A DNA stretch of 64,000 nucleotides from Hemiscyllium ocellatum (taxonomy: Eukaryota): the NCBI RefSeq assembly GCF_020745735.1, contig NW_026867487.1:3410001-3474000 (forward strand), read 5' to 3'. The notes under the pieces are model-generated. The model was not told the origin of the DNA. It did no database searches and saw only the letters and a list, made by a program, of their open reading frames with translations. Below are positions 62,202 through 64,000 of the stretch, piece by piece (within the stretch, counting starts at the first letter, position 1; each line of letters starts with the position of its first letter). The position numbers and the translations under genes are program-made.

Positions 62202-63422
62202 TTAGGCACTAAAAAACACAAAACATATTGGCACAATGAATCGCTTGATTTTTCTCTCCCTGCACCTTTTTTTATGATTCATGCAGCTCTAAGGCATAGC
62301 ATAGACATCTGACACGAGGCAGGTAACGGTTCTGGAAACTTCCTTCAGCTCTTGGAAATGTAGAGTCAATGTTTGTAAATCTAATTCGCTCTTGTAACAT
62401 GTGGGGTCCCTGGTTAAGCCAGCATTTATTACGTATCCCAAATAATCACATGGTGGTGAAGAGTTAGATTACCATATGTCTGAAGGTTTATGTAGGCCAG
62501 ATCTGATAAAGATAGATTTCTTTCCCTGGCGGACATCATTACCGAAAATATTCATCACAACAATCGACAATGGTTATCATTGAACTCTTCGTGAATTATT
62601 ATTCAAATACACAATACAGGAATTCAAAGCCTGTTCCACGGAACATGGGTCGTGCATCCTGTATTTCTGGATTAATAAACTAATGAGATTGTCCTCGCCA
62701 TCGTCTCCTGTTTCCTAATCTGGAAGATGAGACGAAGGGAGGGAAACTACAGGCGGTGGTGTTTCCAATGCGTCTGTTGCCCTCATCCTCTCAGAGGGTA
62801 GAGGAGACCCGTTTATAAAATGCTGTCTCAGTAGCCTTACAGTCAATCAGCCGCAACTCCTGTTGATGATACACACTGCAGTAGCTGCGCTACACCTTAA
62901 AGAGGAGTTCATGGAGTTTGGCTGGAATGCCATCTGGAACAAAAGGCTGCAACTATGTGGCAAGATTGGAGAAACTGGGAGTCTTCTACATGAAAAACAG
63001 AGATCTACTGTGTATTTTATTCAAGTGCTGGGAAATTTTGACGAGTAAATTTCGCTTGTGTCGCTAAGTCAGTCAGATTGATTTGAGATAAATGGTACAG
63101 TAGAAGCAAGAACGTGAAACTTTATGCAGCTTATTGTGAGGATCAGGGATACAAGACCAAATTACTCGCAGAGAGGAAAAAACAATTAGAATGTAACAAT
63201 ATAAATGTATGTATAAAGAAGAGGAGAAACAGAACTGAATTTTCTGTGGAAATAGTCGAAGAGTGGGAATGATCGAGTTACAAATGAAAACAGCAGTCAG
63301 ACACCTGAAGAGCAGAACAATTTCCTGCTGTTATTTACAATATTGTGATTATTTGAGTTGCTGTCAATGGTGCATGTTTTGTAGCTTTGAGATGAGCAGA
63401 AAATAGTGCATTTCCTCTTTTG

Positions 63423-63461
63423 GGTTTTTGTGCAGGTTGGTAACTGATCTGACTCACTGTG
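63423..63461 (-). other. 23-RSS (CACAGTG-23-ACAAAAACC), minus strand
   Basis: cactgtg 63455-63461, ggtttttgt 63423-63431, 23-bp spacer. Confidence 0.97.
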
Positions 63462-63949
63462 TTGCTGTGCACAATAATATGTCGCACCATCTGACATTTT
63501 AAGTGTCTTGATATCCAGAGCGAAGATACTGTTTGAAAGGTCTTTGGAAGCAATAAATCGTTCTCTGATCTCTGGATGATAATTGCTGACGCTTTCACTG
63601 TAATAGTGAACTAACCACTGTGGGCTCTTTTCAGGACTTTGGCGATACCAATGCATACTATAGTCCTTCAGATTGAAACCGCTGGTTTTACAAGTCAGTT
63701 TCAGCGACTGTCCGGCGAACCCCGTCTCTGATTCTTTCTGAGCCAACACCACCTCAGACTGAGCACCTGTTAAATTAAAACAGCATTTATTAAACTGGTA
63801 TGACTGCCAATTGTGCACCTGTCATTGTGGTAGTGATTAACCGAGGAAAAAAACACACAGAGCCTCATTAAAATTCAAGAACAAAACAATTGGAGCTACT
63901 CACAGGATAAGAAAGCCAGAAGGAGAGCAAGGCGTCCTGCAATCAACAT
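63462..63949 (-). CDS. IgHV-like V gene segment (TAILV-like), apparently functional, inverted; leader 63949-63904, V exon 63766-63462
   Basis: Leader MLIAGRLALLLAFLS, GTGAGT donor; EVVLAQKESETGFAGQSLKLTCKTSGFNLKDYSMHWYRQSPEKSPQWLVHYYSESVSNYHPEIRERFIASKDLSNSIFALDIKTLKMSDGATYYCAQQ. Confidence 0.93.
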
Positions 63950-64000
63950 AATTTCTGGTGCCGTGTTAAATACGGCAGTCTGCTTTTCAGTCACTCACTG

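Noticed and set aside
1-64000. NAR-TCR V or D/J/C segments
   Set aside because: No NAR-type V motifs, FGxG J segments or constant exons recognised on either strand; two short gaps remain unread.

Overview
Vertebrate genomic DNA, almost certainly a cartilaginous fish (shark-type CR1, Rex1/Babar, Penelope-like, tRNA-SINE and Gypsy repeats). The window is part of a V-segment array of a rearranging antigen-receptor locus, most consistent with the TCR alpha/delta locus. I find 17 V segments or remnants of two families, interleaved. Nine are Ig heavy-chain-like (IgHV-like; resembling the shark TAILV/IgHV segments known from the TCR-delta locus): 3 apparently functional, 1 open but Cys104->Ser, 5 pseudogenes. 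Eight are TCR alpha/delta-type (TRA/DV): 1 clean, 1 with a GC splice donor, 1 with a frameshifted leader, 5 pseudogenes. Every readable RSS has a 23-bp spacer. No D, J, C or NAR-type V was found. V polarity flips from + to - between about 46.8 and 52.3 kb. Non-coding blocks recur in a fixed order, suggesting the array grew by duplicating mixed IgHV-like + TRA/DV modules. Penelope-derived palindromes carry hammerhead-ribozyme core remnants. Two short N gaps are present. All family assignments come from motif recognition by eye, not database searches.
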